Notes under the pieces: generated by a model
Told to the model about the DNA's origin: nothing
Database searches by the model: none
The model's input: only the letters and a program-made list of their open reading frames with translations
Translations under genes and position numbers: made by a program
Source: Octopus vulgaris
Taxonomy: Eukaryota
DNA: 64,000 nt
Assembly (NCBI GenBank): GCA_951406725.2
Contig: OX597816.1
Coordinates: 92,442,001-92,506,000, forward strand
Reading direction: 5' to 3'
In this document: piece by piece, positions 13,401-27,938 of the stretch
Numbering within the stretch: the first letter of the stretch is position 1
How the letters are laid out: every line of letters starts with the position of its first letter

Positions 13401-14376
13401 ACTGTAACTGTGATTATTATCAGTAGTGCGCAAATAGTAACTGCATTGAAGATAATAGCACTTTGCTCATTGACCACTAATGAAAAATGGGCTGATTCTC
13501 TCCATCATATTGACTGAGACGGTACTAAAACTCTAATCTTGGCAACGAACCTAGATACAAAACTCTGTTTCCGAATTTATTTCTTTTTATCTTGCTGTTA
13601 ATTCTGTTTTCCGATGGAAAACAACTTCCCATTTTCATTTCCCTATAATCTAATTTTATTTCCTTCTTCTCAGCCTTCTTTCTTCTTTCTTGTCTGAAAA
13701 CGCAGTCATCCACCCATATTTCCACCCCTCGTTCCCTCCTATAAAACATCATTCTTCTCATATCATTTTATACTTGTTTGATTTCACCCATTCCTCAAAC
13801 TATTTTTCTCCAACCTCTGTAAACTGTCACACGGCTGGGAATGTGCCAAAGTAGATTCATTCGCTTCTTTGAAATTTATTTCTCTCCTTCAAAGATGTAA
13901 AACATGCAAAATTGTGTAATGTGACTCGGGTTTCTTGTCAAAATATAGCTTCTCTGAATTATTATATCCAGCTTCAAGAGTTCATTTATATCCATATATT
14001 TGTTGCTTTAAGATACCTTGTATTTATTACAGTTTGTTGCGAAGAGCAATTTAGAATATATTCATTTTAGCATGTATGTTTACTCACATGTTTCCTGTTT
14101 GAAATATGAAAATACTCATCCCTTCTGCACATATTAGCTTATTTCCGCGAAGAAAGTGGATATTGCTTGCTATCAAAAATAGAAAATACTTCAGGACAAG
14201 CCTTTCATATCTAGAATACCCAGGAAAAAGTGAAAGACAGAGATACAGAGGTATAATTATATGCGAACAGAGAAGTTATCTATGCAATGGCATAAAATGT
14301 AGTTGCAAGGAATATATATATACACATACATACATGAATATTTATGAATGCACACACAAACACACACACACATATA

Positions 14377-14860
14377 CGAGTTGATATAAATAAGTTCCCG
14401 GACTGGTTTTGTAGCGCGCCAATACATCGTAACACACGGTTGTGTGCGCAGTGAGAGCTAGCAGTGATCTTCCTAAGGCAGTGTATCGAGTGTCATAGTG
14501 CATTTACTTCGCAAGTCGTGAAATTCGTGTTTCTCTGATCACGTGTATGCTGTAGTCTACGATTATGTCATGGACAGAAACAAAGTCAACGTAAAATTTC
14601 GCGCTGAACTTGGAGAGGCTTCTATAAGGATATTGAGCATGCTTGGCAAGCTTAAGGCGAAGAGGCATGGGGCATACGCAATGTTTCAAGTGAGATGGGT
14701 GCTTCAAAAGCGGAAGAACGCCCCTGGAAGACCACGAGCAATCTGGAAGACTTGCCAGGGGCGTCACACACTCGGAGATGTGGTATTGTGCTTCGAAGAT
14801 TGGGACTGTCAATGAAGAGTTCTACTGTGGCGTTTTGAAGTGTTTGAGGGAGGACATTTA
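14377..14860 (+). mobile_element. Internally deleted mariner-type element
   Basis: TA-CGAG terminus; ORF 14543-14815 has the mariner N-terminal pattern NVKF.AELG..S...L.ML; downstream GTVNEEFYCGVLKCLRE motif. Confidence 0.65.
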
Positions 14861-14924
14861 AAAATCAAATCCTAAAACATTTGAGGGAGAAAATTTAAAA
14901 CACAAATCCCAAAACTTTTTACAT

Positions 14925-15200
14925 ATTTGCGAAAGAATCCTCTACGGTGCGTTACAAGATAGGGCCACTGTTCGAAGAAACTGGCTTACTGGAGGCAAAC
15001 ATCCAAAAGACAAGTGAAATTCTAATGAAACAATTCCACAGTTATCAAGTTTCTTCTTAGTAATATGCATATAAGCCCGACGAATTCAACGCTTCACCTT
15101 TACACAAGGAATAGGCAAGTGTCGATTACATCGCAATTGAAAGAGGAGGATGGAATATCAGCCACTGGTGAGGTGAACTCGAACTCAGCAATGGGCTCTG
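14925..15200 (+). mobile_element. CR1-like LINE remnant (linker before RT)
   Basis: Plus-strand translation KESSTVRYKIGPLFEETGLLEANIQKTSEILMKQF resembles the CR1 ORF2 IGPL...G......AEILN.QF motif. Confidence 0.5.
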
Positions 15201-16733
15201 AGAGAGAGAGATAAATAATAGCAACATAGCTACATATAAACACACACACACGCGCACACATGTATAATATATGTATATAAATATATATATGTGTATGTGT
15301 GTGTGTGTGTGCATGTGTGTGTACGTGAGGTGTGTGTGTGCGTGCATCTGCGTATCTGTATGTATATATGTATATATACAAGTGCGTCGGTGTGTAAGTT
15401 TTTTTGTTTCTGCGAACACATAAGCTTAATCTTACAGCTGAATGGCAGTTCATAGAGACCCAAATAAATATACTTAAGGCAGGCTGTAAATATGCTTACC
15501 AGAGAGCACGTGATTAATTCATTTCATGAATCATTTACATTGATCAATTAAACGGTTTACATTAACATTCATCCGTTGTCAATATGACATTATTTCTAGT
15601 ATATCAATTGAAAAGCACTTTCTTCCCTTCTAGTCTCCCACTCTAGTTTAACTTTGTTTGTATAGCCAGAAAACTGGTCAATTCCTAACCACGCTTCCGA
15701 CCCTCAGAAAAAGGGTTTATTTGAATTGTATACAGAATGATGCAAAGTTTGAATGAAAATAAAATGTGAAATGAACTACGTATGTTTTTTTTTTATTTTC
15801 TTTTATTCTTACTGAATTCATTTAGCTTGTTGGTGACAGACGCTACAAAAACCGAACTATGAGAGGATGAACTTAAGTGGATGAGAGAACATGAAATAAA
15901 TTTTGCAATGTAATGAAATACTTATTATACATCAAAACGCTTATATACCGAAACCAATAGTGATAACGTATTAACGCTTGCTAACTGAATCTGTTCTTGT
16001 CCGAGAAGATCTATAAAGAGAAATATATTCCAGTCATGAACATCCGCTTTTGATTTTCAGGTAGAATGTCGTCCAAGATAGTATTATTGTATGAGTCTTT
16101 CTTTTATTAAAACGGTAAGAAATAATTTAAAAGAAATTTGGCTACACCATCGTACAGGATGAGCGAACATGCAAAGTGTTAACTTTTTGCAATAAATATG
16201 CTCAACAATATATAACTAGATGCATTTTGCTAGATAGACAGCTCAGTCAAGAGATCAATGTTTGGAACATTACTATAGTATAGAATTCGGGCACTTACCA
16301 TCAATGATTTGGAAGTTAAAATAAATCCTTATTGATTAGGCGCATGCATAGCTGTATGATTATGAAGTTGCTTCGCAACTACGCGGGCTGAGGTCCCATG
16401 CACTGCGTTGCAAGTTGTGCATGAGTCTTCTATCACAATGAAAGTTCGACGAAAATCTTCTTGAGAAAAATTCGCTGGAGAGAAATTGCAGGTAAGGTCG
16501 ACAGGATAAATCGCCCCTGTTTTTTGGTGAGTGACATAAGGTGCAGCCTGACTTAACAACACTACCTGATCATTGAATGCTTTTAGTGGACCATAATACA
16601 TTACATACATTCGATTATTTGCATGAATAATGTGAGAAATTCCTTACAGCATATGCAAAGAACATGAAACATGACATTAATGTCGCCTTTTCTCCTTTAC
16701 CACGACAATTTACAGGTAGACAGACTGACAGAC

Positions 16734-16796
<63 letters not shown>

Positions 16797-16807
16797 TAGA
16801 TAGATAG

Positions 16808-16838
<31 letters not shown>

Positions 16839-17039
16839 CATACATGCATGCATACATACATGCATGCATAGATATATACAGCCTCTCTGTGATGTTGTTT
16901 ATACTTTCTGTAAACCCCTTGTCATTCATGTTAAGGAAGTCTGAAGGATATCTTACTGGTTCACCAGGAAACAGAAATACCAAAATTACACACTGTTTCT
17001 TTGTGGATTGGCGTAAAACTTTATGCAAAGAATATGCAT

Positions 17040-17570
17040 GAGATGAAAAAGAGTCTTGACCAAGTTACAACATTTTCAAAGGCTGTAGGGTTGGAGTTTG
17101 TTTAGGATAAATGTTGTTATATGGTTGTGAAAATGAGGAAGATTATAAACCAGATAGTAACATTTCCATCAATAATTTGACTGTTTCCCCTGTACCTGAC
17201 GAAGAATGTTATAGTTGACTAGGGGGTGGATGAAAATATATTTTACAATGGCACCTGTAACACATCGCGTGTCACTAAAGAATATTACAGCCGAATAAAG
17301 AAAATTTGGACCTCATAACACTCTGCATTTAATAAAACAGTGGCCAACAATGTGTTTACAGTACCAGTACTAATACAAACATTCGGGCTGCTTGATTGGA
17401 CGGGGCATTGCCGTGAAAACCTGAAAAATACTTACGAGCACACATAATTTCCACATAAACAGTGACGTAGACCGTCTTTACCTAAAACGTAAACAAGGCG
17501 GCAGAGGCTTAATATCGATCCAAAATGCCTTTGAATGCCACATCATATCCGTTCGGCAACATCTTTTAAT
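17040..17570 (+). mobile_element. R4/Dong-type LINE remnant (distinct family)
   Basis: TFSKAVGLEF..DKC; NKTVANNVFTVPVL; FHINSDVDRLYLKRKQGGRGLISIQNAFE. Confidence 0.8.
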
Positions 17571-17789
17571 CACCAAGCGTCGAAGTGCATCCCTTGACCA
17601 AGTTTGCATACATGAGCCTGATAACATCATAAGACTTGGAAGGTAGCTGGCCCAGTGATTGCAATCCCTGAATCAAAATCCCTGGGCACTGACATAGAGT
17701 AGTGATGCATCTTTCCAGATGCACATTACTAAGTTGGTAATATAATGCAGGCGGCTGGCTGGATGAAAAAAAAGACAACATGATGGTCA

Positions 17790-18360
17790 TCTGGAGGACG
17801 TTTGATCTCAGTCGTTTAGACCACTGCTACCCACATAGTGTAAAATTGACGGCGGAATCCGGCGAAGCTACACGAGGAAGAACGTCTCAATGAGACATGT
17901 CAGCTGGGGAGAGAAGCTGAAAAAGTTAAGACTCTACTTCCTAGGCAGGAAAGATAGGAGTGATATATGTCTGGAAAATCCTGGGAGGACACTACCAAAC
18001 ATTGCCATTGAAAGTTACAGCTACAACAGAACGAGAAACCACGGCATAGTGCCAAAATCCCAATATTGCCATCAGAACATAGGACCAGATACTGCAACAT
18101 CTTGTGTTTGAAGGGCTCTCATCTTTTCAACACCATCCCAAAACGCCTGAAAGACCAGCATGTGGTGAATGTAGCCATCTTCGAAATGAAACTGGTGCCC
18201 GTCCTGTTAGGAGTTCTGCATGAACTTACTTCGCTGCAGGGAACGCAGCTGAAGGGCAGCAAAATCAAACTTTATCATTCACCAAATGTTACACATCAGA
18301 AGTTTCAAGTAGTAAAAGTGTAGCAAAGCATACTTTGGTATTGCAGAATGGCTGCAGCCC
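17790..18360 (+). mobile_element. CR1-like LINE 3' end
   Basis: ORFs 17890-18111 and 18066-18323: SWGEKLKKLRLYFL, GSHLFNTIPKRLKD, FEMKL..VL, a CR1-type ORF2 C-terminus; followed by TA/TAGA/GA microsatellites. Confidence 0.7.
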
Positions 18361-18376
18361 TTGAGCTGAAACTAGT

Positions 18377-18426
<50 letters not shown>

Positions 18427-18434
18427 TATAGATG

Positions 18435-18517
<83 letters not shown>

Positions 18518-18745
18518 AAGAAAGAAATACATCAAGAGGCTTCCAAACAGGAAAGCCTTGTGCTAGAAAGAGCGGTAGAAAACTCAAACCACCAATTAAG
18601 GATAATTTCTACTGCTCTTTCTAGCACTAGGCTTTCCTATTTGGAAGCCTCTTGATGTATTTCTATGTGAATAATATATAGTCTAATAACTAAGTTTTTT
18701 TTGGTGCTAGACCACTGGTAATAATAATTTCTTATTACCCTATTG

Positions 18746-18790
<45 letters not shown>

Positions 18791-21771
18791 TTGTGTGTGT
18801 GTGTGTGTGTATGTTTGCATATATATATATGAAATAATGATGCATGTATACATAGATGGAGTAACGCATATACACACACTAATGCGTATGCGCGCGTATT
18901 CATACACATATATGTTTAATGTACAAACGATTGTTTTCTTAACTATTGCAACAACTGCAGCAAGTATAAATGATTATTCGCTTCTATTTAATCAATGTGA
19001 GGTATCTTCCAGCAAACAAGTTGAGTTTGAATATCTAAAACAAGCTCTTTATAACAATGTTAAAGAAATGTGAAGATGTAGCGATAATAATTCATTCATA
19101 TCCACGACTTGAATATCATTAGCATTAAAATGTTTCTACCGGTAAACTCTATTGTCTTTAATTGATAGTTATGGTTTATTTTTATTTGGCTTCTCAAATT
19201 CAAACTGGTTTTGACATTTAGAAGATCGTGATTTTTTATTAATTTGCCGTTAAATTTATTTAAAATGCCTTGTGTATTGAGCCATTATGTAAATAAAAAA
19301 GACCCTTTTAGCTACAGATATGCTGGTATTTATTATTCTCCAATAAATTTCAGTAATTTTTAAATTGCATCTATTCAATATTATGTATGTAATGTTCATT
19401 TTATTGTTTCCTTTCGTAAGCAATAATAATAATCTGACTAATTTATTGTTAGTCATGTGAACGGCATCTTTTGTGAATTAGAATGTAGAATACTTCTGGT
19501 TACTTCCTAGAAAGCCTTCTATTTCAGGGATGCTTTCCAAGTATATTACTATTATTCATTTTATCAGCTCGTGAAGGATGAGATTCGGAATTTATTCAGA
19601 CAGGATCTGAATGCAATAATGCCATATACCAATTATTTAAGACACCATGAAACAGGGACTCTATAGTTCGTCAGTTAGCCTTATTTCAGTATATTAAACC
19701 AGAAAAGAATTGAACACAGAAATAAAGATAGGAAGGGAAATATCGTAATGCGTTTAGGTTTTAGCTAAAACCACCATTATTGTTTAAGTTTAGATGTTTT
19801 AAGTGCATCTTAAGAAATATTTGCGTGATTAGTAAATTGGCATTTCTGTACAGGGCGAAAAAACAAAACAAAAATGGTTATTCTCATTTAAATTCAGCAA
19901 TAAATAGTCCATGTATTGAAAGGTTAAACAAAAAGTGTTTTCAAATTTGACTCACATGTACAAGAAAGTTTACTTTCTTTCTGTGGCAATAATTGTATAT
20001 AACTAATTTGTATTTCCATGTCTAAGGACTGCACGGTTACGCGTATTTTCTTAGTTTACAGTATCAATTGTGCTACCACCTAGGTTGTAAAAGTAAGCAT
20101 TACATAGCAAAACTAGTGTTCTTGCAAAGCAAGGAACGCGCAACCTAGTTAATTTTCTTTCTTTCCGAGGTTCTTAACATCACGATTGTATTTAAGGAGC
20201 ATGGATTGCATTTCTACACAGCTCTTCTACATGAAGAAAATAAACACATGTCTTACTCTCCTTTATAACAGTGTGAAACCAGACAAGTTTGAGTTTCGAG
20301 CCAGAAATGATGTTGCGTGAACTACGAAAAGTAACGTAGCATATAGAAAGTTAATTATTTATCAAACCAAGTATATTAGTTTTGTTGCTATTTGTTGGAA
20401 TTACTAAACTAATGGGTTTTCGCTTATGTTGGCTATTGTTCCACATTTTATGCAAGATACATTAAAATATGGTTCCATTTGCTGGATTTACTTTAAATAA
20501 ACATAATAGTAGAACTGACTTATAACTGTTGAAGCGAAGTGATCTTACTGTCCATGGATCATTAGAAATTACATTATACACAATAATAGGACACCATTCT
20601 GTTTTGATCCAGTTCACTGTTGGTGAATAAATACTCCTCTTTAAAGATTTAACTCTCATCTACATAGGAACATGAGGACTAGCAATAGATTTTTCTGACT
20701 TATCTTGCCAGCTTATCGCCAAAAGTAATGTGTTTTTGATATAAACTCTAAAGAAGATGTTCTCTTGTGACGTACGCGACAACGTTTAGCGTATTCTCGT
20801 TCGAACCTGCGGAAACATAAGAAGAATAACTATGCGAGTCATGTGTGTGTGTTATCAAAAAATTCAACCGATATTTCGCTTTTTTAATACTAGGACATCT
20901 ATAGGTTCTGACAATATTTCAAGTGTATGAATCAGAATTAGTATACATTTTAATATCAATAATAAATTTCTTGCAACACATACATATAACAACTTCTAAA
21001 TGAACGACTTAGATTACATTATCCCGACTCAACTTATTTATACTTACCCTAATACAAAACTCTGGTGTGGTGTCCTAGTATATTTATTTCTCTAGAATTT
21101 CACTCATTATTAAAGCCTTTTTCATAAACTAATGTTCACTATTAATTAACTTAAGCTATACATCAATAGTCTCTAATCATAGAAATCATAGTAAAGGAAG
21201 ACAAATAATCTTAAAATTTATTTCTTCATAGTCTTGATCGACTATTTTTAATGGAGGTTTAACATACAGAGTATTACTAAAGGTCTGAGAAATATAAAAA
21301 TTGCGGTGAAATTGTAATAGACAAGCTTATATAAAAATTATTTCTATTTGCTCAGGAAATCGTATTCTAAAGAGAAATTTCTTTATATGACCAATTATCT
21401 CATTGTTTAAATTTTATTCCTATAAATTTAGACACTGTTAAAACATTGTTTACCTGTGAAATGCAGCTATTTAGTCATGAGTAAGGCCTTCTTAAGCAGT
21501 TCTATAATTTCTATAACTAAACGCATTCTAGTTATAATCATCAAATCTTCCTACAGATATCTGTTACTAAATTATTCCATATGTTCTTTGCATATACGTT
21601 AGTGCTAGATTTAAGTGTTGTTTTTTTAGTGACATATAGATTCTGTAGAGGTTTTAGGAGATATTTTAATGTAGCTGGTTTATGTCATTCGTTTTAATTT
21701 CATATGTAATAGAAGCCATTTTCATTATATTCTTTCGATAGCCAAAACTAAATAACTAAATAAATAACAAA

Positions 21772-22955
21772 TACGAGGTCCTATCAGAGCGTTCTTGGAC
21801 CGGGATTATATAAGTTTGAATATCTACTATAGTAAATAATGATAACTATATTATTTATATTCTAACACAACGTCTTTCCAATTAGCACTCTTGGGAATGT
21901 ACACAGCAATTCTAGCATGTCTTACACACTTTAAAGTACAGCGAAAGTTTTATTCTGGAAGGCAGCCTTGCAACCCACAATTCGGTTTAAATTTCCTCTT
22001 CTGACCTGGAATAGTGCCTCTTGAACTTCAGTTTCATTTTGGCAAACATTTAACTCACATAGAGTGAAATGTGAAAGGTGTGAATCGTCTGGCATTGTGC
22101 ATTTTATTAAAAATTTGCGTCGTCGTGACCTAGCAATTTGTGAACGGACGTGTTGTTATGATCTAACGACTAATAGCTGTTGCATCATAACAGTTTTGGA
22201 AATGCACATCAATCAAGTACTTCGTAACGTCACAGTAAAAGTCAGAATTTATCTTACTGTCGGGAAAAATAATCAGTGAATGGTGCCTTTGATGTCGAAA
22301 AAGAGAAAAAAAATAACATTGGGTATGCTTTTTATTGCCCTCTGAACTTACTGCGTTGTCTTTGATCATGATTACTACGAGCCCTTCCACGACAACGACT
22401 GCTGTTTTGTCCTTGGATGTTAGACGTATACTCAAGTTTCACAAGAACGATACTTCTAGAGCGACTAATCGCTTCGTCGCTAGCCTTGTAATGAAGCACA
22501 TGACATCTCAATACATCGCAATGATCAAATGTCTAGAGTTCAAACAACTGGTCAATATACAGCAGTGACTGTGTGTCGAGAGATAGATGACAAACTTTGT
22601 AAAAATAGATTCATATTCAGGAGATCTTGGAGAATATCACTTTATAACTGATTCCACTCACACGAGAGAACTCTTAGTTTGTTCAGTTTCGTTTCTTCAT
22701 TGATGATTACACTATATTTGTCTTTTATTTTTTCTGGCCTTTTGCTAACGATTACTCAACTTGGAAACATCATCTTGAACCAGCATTCCACTGGCTTTGG
22801 AATACATGTATCATTCAAAAACATTTTCCTTTAAGCAAAAGAATTTTCGCATTCGCGGGACATGGTACCAATTCGCAGATCTTCACACCAATCTTAATGC
22901 AAGCGCGTTATTAGAAAATTCAGACGTCGTAAAAATTACATCGTTACACCCCAGA
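21772..22955 (-). mobile_element. Decayed mariner element
   Basis: TACGAGG terminus at ~21773; minus strand near 21880-21935 reads like the mariner C-terminus (..NCCVHSQ..); degenerate transposase-like sequence through 22900. Confidence 0.5.
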
Positions 22956-24029
22956 CTATAATTGAACACGGATAAATAGCCTTAAGTCTGTTTGATGACT
23001 GATTGTGTAAATTGGCAACCAGCGATCATCAGCTGCATACGCTTTTCCTTTGAATAGTACGTTCACATCATAAGACAACCGGGGACTTTGTGATAACACT
23101 TTGAAACAAACTGATAGCAAAACTGATAATACCTGAAAGTCATAAGCCACTGAGACTTATTAGTTTTCAGCAATTGCATTTTTATAGAGTTTTTACGATG
23201 AGAAACCTCACATTTCAACCGAAGTCAAATATATCAGCATATATTGTCTTTTAGCACATAGACAAGACGTTAAATCTTTAATAATGCATGAGCTCACTTG
23301 ATAAAAAGACCAGAAGTCACACCTGAGGATTTCTCCACATGATACAAATGATCTAAATTTCAAATAATAAGATTCAATTAGATGTTCTCTACCTGAATCT
23401 AGAGACTCTTATGTTCACAATGTTCACAAATAGTATCTGCTAAAATCTTTCAGCTTCTCTCTATGGTGAGCTTACACACATATACACACCCACACAAACA
23501 TGGAGAAACACACTCACATGGTTATTAGTAGTACATGCGCTTGAAGTGAACTAATCAAAACGAGATTAATATTTCATGTTAATATTGCAACTCCGAGTTT
23601 TTTGTGCGAGCAAACATATTTTGATACTTCTTTTTACATATATACATACATACATACATACATACATACATAAGAGAAAGTTTCAAGATGTCTGACGAGA
23701 TAGTTTCATGAGCCAGGAAATTTTATGTTGCATGGAGCTGAGTGAAGCCATTAAGAAATATATGTAACACTCCAAAAATGAGTTGAGTGCTACTTTCTTT
23801 CGTTTGTCCGCTTAATCGGGCATATGTATGTGTGTGTGTATGTATGCATTCATGTATGTATGTATGTATGTATGTATGTATGTATGTATGTATGTATGTA
23901 TGTATGTATGTATGTATGTATGTATGTATGTATATGTACATGTGTGCGTGTGCGTGCTTTATACATGATAGTCCGCACGTTGATCAAAATGCTGTGACAA
24001 TATTTGTAACAACCTTTTATTAATATTAA

Positions 24030-24240
24030 GGCGGAGAGCTGGCAGAATCGTCTGCATGCCGGACGAAATGCTGCAAAGCATTTCGTCCGTCTTTACGTTC
24101 TGAATTCAAATTTCGTCAACGTCGGCTTTGCCTTTCATCCTATGGGGACCGATGAAATAAGTACCGGTTACGTACTGGGACCGATGTAATCGACTAGTCC
24201 TTCACCAACTTTTCAGCACTTGTCTCATTATTGGAAAGGA
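24030..24240 (+). mobile_element. tRNA-derived SINE (Nin/Deu-like central domain)
   Basis: GGCGGAGAGCTGGCAGAATCG head, B-box-like GAATTCAAAT, GCCTTTCATCCT..GGGG.CGAT.AAATAAGTACC core; same family at 49273-49682, 52320-52740, 57757, 58370; followed by (CTA)n. Confidence 0.75.
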
Positions 24241-24241
24241 T

Positions 24242-24297
<56 letters not shown>

Positions 24298-24409
24298 TCC
24301 TACATTTTTGTAAATCTTAGATACATTTTAAACGACCCGGATATTTCAGTTAGGGAGCAATTAATAATAAGTCAACAAACCACCTTTAATACTTCCTTTC
24401 CTGTGCTTT

Positions 24410-25010
24410 ACATAGATAAGACTTTCCTTTAAATACTTGCTGTACCAAGAATTGCTGTCTTTTACCTGACCTGTAACCTCTCATTAATTCCCATGCAAGT
24501 TCTCGAAACTGCCCGAACTGCATCTCAATGCTTCAGTCATCACTGGAACCTCTAAAACCTTCCTCATCCGCAACAATTTTTCAACTTCCTCCTTCTCTGA
24601 CTCATATTTCTCCATCTTTTCATGCTCTTTATCTTTCACACTACTAACTCCTGGGATAGAGGTACCGATAATTTCGGCCTGTTTTTCTTTCTGATTTTCT
24701 TGCCTCAATCATGCCATCACATTGAATGGTGAAGTCCCACAAAAGCTTAAATTCGTCATTTTTTAACACCCCTTCAGTTTCCTGCTCATCCCATTTAGCT
24801 GCTTGGCGAACCCACAATTCTCAGATGTCACCCAGTGTCTATATATAGCAACATTACCATGCCATTGTCCATACTTAGAGCATTCACTCACAGGATTGTT
24901 GAGCGTTCCTCCTTTTCTACCGCGTATTTTACATAATGGTGATTCATTTTTTTTCAACATGATGTTTAATGTAGTTAGTTCGGAGAGCATGCACCTAGGC
25001 CGTTGAAAAC
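24410..25010 (-). mobile_element. R4/Dong 3' remnant A of tandem stack
   Basis: SPLCKIRGRKGGTLNNPVSECSK..WHGNVA.Y.HW (decayed CCHC/RHD); LWDFTIQ; KEHEKMEKY; AILGTASI. Confidence 0.75.
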
Positions 25011-25059
25011 CAGAGATAATGAACATCACCATCATCATCGTTATCGTTATTATTAGTAT

Positions 25060-25860
25060 TTCTTTTTATCATAGGTTTTGTTGGAACTCCTAGTCTTGCA
25101 TGCGTAGCGGGCTTGTTGCCTGCAGTCTACGGTACCATGTTATCCGTTCTTTTCATCTCTCTAATACTTTCCTGATTATTCTGGCCATGTCAAGGAGGCC
25201 AACATTCTATAACAGTTCTGCTAGGCACTATATTCCGATTTCGTTTATATTCCTCTTGATACCTTCTGATACTGTCCCCAAAGACCCAACAATAATTGAC
25301 ACTGTCTCCACAGCCAGGCTATTTCGTATGTGATAGGGTTGTATTTATCTATTTTTTCGCCTTCTTTTTTGACTTCGTGGACCGAATGGGTGCCCAACGT
25401 CGGCTATATAACATATGTGGTGCATCTTATCGTCTACCCCTAGGTCCGGTCTGTTATGCTCTAGCATCTGATCTGTTTGGATTGGGAAATCTCAGAAGAT
25501 TTGCAAGTTTCCGACTCTGCCACTCTCTGCGGTTTGTGCTCATACATCTCCTGGCCTCTCATTTTTCGCATAGTTTCCAATATAACACTCCCGCTAATTG
25601 ATCGTGTCGCCACAACTTTTAGTGGTTTTGAGCGAGTTTAAAGAATTCGTTCGTGATATGGGCAATGGTTTCAGATGCAGCACAGCGAAGGCACTTGATT
25701 ATTCCTAATGTTGGACCTCCAATTCATAGCCAAAGATTGGTCTTGCACTGCCAGTATAGTGCTCTCAGACTATTTTTTCAGTGTTCTAATTCTCAGAGCC
25801 CTCGATTTCACTTGTTCTGGCTAATTTTTTATGGGCAGACATCTTTTTGTCAAGTGTCTC
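25060..25860 (-). mobile_element. R4/Dong 3' remnant B of tandem stack
   Basis: CLRCAASETIAHITNEF.KLAQ..KLWRHDQLAGVLYWKLCEK; DFPIQTDQMLEHNRPDL; 3' UTR shared with 26260-26565. Confidence 0.8.
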
Positions 25861-25879
25861 ACAAGGCCTCTTTCTACGA

Positions 25880-26250
25880 TACTTAACATCCAGGTAAAAA
25901 TCTCGCTGTCCCCAATAAAGCAGTTTTCTGAATTTCTCCAATAACTACTAAATGACATTTACTTTTTACACTGCCCACACTCATACAAACTCATCTTGTA
26001 CTTCCCGATCTTCTCCAGTTGTTTATCATCAACTCATACATCCTCAGGCATGGCTATATCTATGATCTTCGTTTCCTTCATGATTTCTTCAGCTACGAAA
26101 GTGTTTAATCTCCGAGCATTAAACACTGAATCATACTGTATTGTAAAATCCCACTGGATCTTCTAATCATTCACTCTGAAGACTTCTGGTCTATGCTCGT
26201 ACCATTTCAATATTCTTTCAACATCGTACTTCTCTCATAATCTCCAATGA
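25880..26250 (-). mobile_element. R4/Dong 3' remnant C of tandem stack
   Basis: HWRL*EKYDVERILKWYEHRPE...WDFTIQYD...IIDIAMPED...EIQKTALLGTARFL. Confidence 0.75.
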
Positions 26251-26259
26251 TCATTATTA

Positions 26260-26565
26260 TTTCTTTTTATCAAAGGTTTTGTTGGAACTCCTGAAGTCTT
26301 GCATGCGTAGCGAGTTTGCTGCTTGCAGCCAACTTTACCATGCTGTCTGTTATTTTCAACTATCTAATACTTTCCTGATTATTCTAGCCGTGCCAAGGAG
26401 GCAAATCATTTGTAATAATTCTACTTGGTACCCTATTCCAATTTCCTTTATATTCCTCTTGATGCCTTCTGATACTGTAACCAAAGACACAACAATAATT
26501 GACACTATCTTCACCTTCACTTTCCATAGCTGGGCTATTTCGAACTTGAGAGGGTTTTATTTATC
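26260..26565 (-). mobile_element. R4/Dong 3' remnant D (same family as B)
   Basis: TTCTTTTTATCAAAGGTTTTGTTGGAACTCC...TCTTGCATGCGTAGCG matches 25060-25130; encodes LLQMICLLGTARIIRKVL. Confidence 0.8.
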
Positions 26566-27845
<1,280 letters not shown>

Positions 27846-27888
27846 TTTTATAGTATTTTATAAATATTATATTTATTATTATTATTAC

Positions 27889-27937
<49 letters not shown>

Positions 27938-27938
27938 A

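Noticed and set aside
15100-15215. Apparent minus-strand exon after CTCTCTCAG acceptor
   Set aside because: Plus strand is better explained as a CR1-like remnant; the acceptor comes from a (GA)n tract
20640-20830. Minus-strand acceptor-like TTCTTCTTATGTTTCCGCAG followed by short frames
   Set aside because: All frames stop within ~30 codons and no recognisable protein; cannot be supported without RNA-seq
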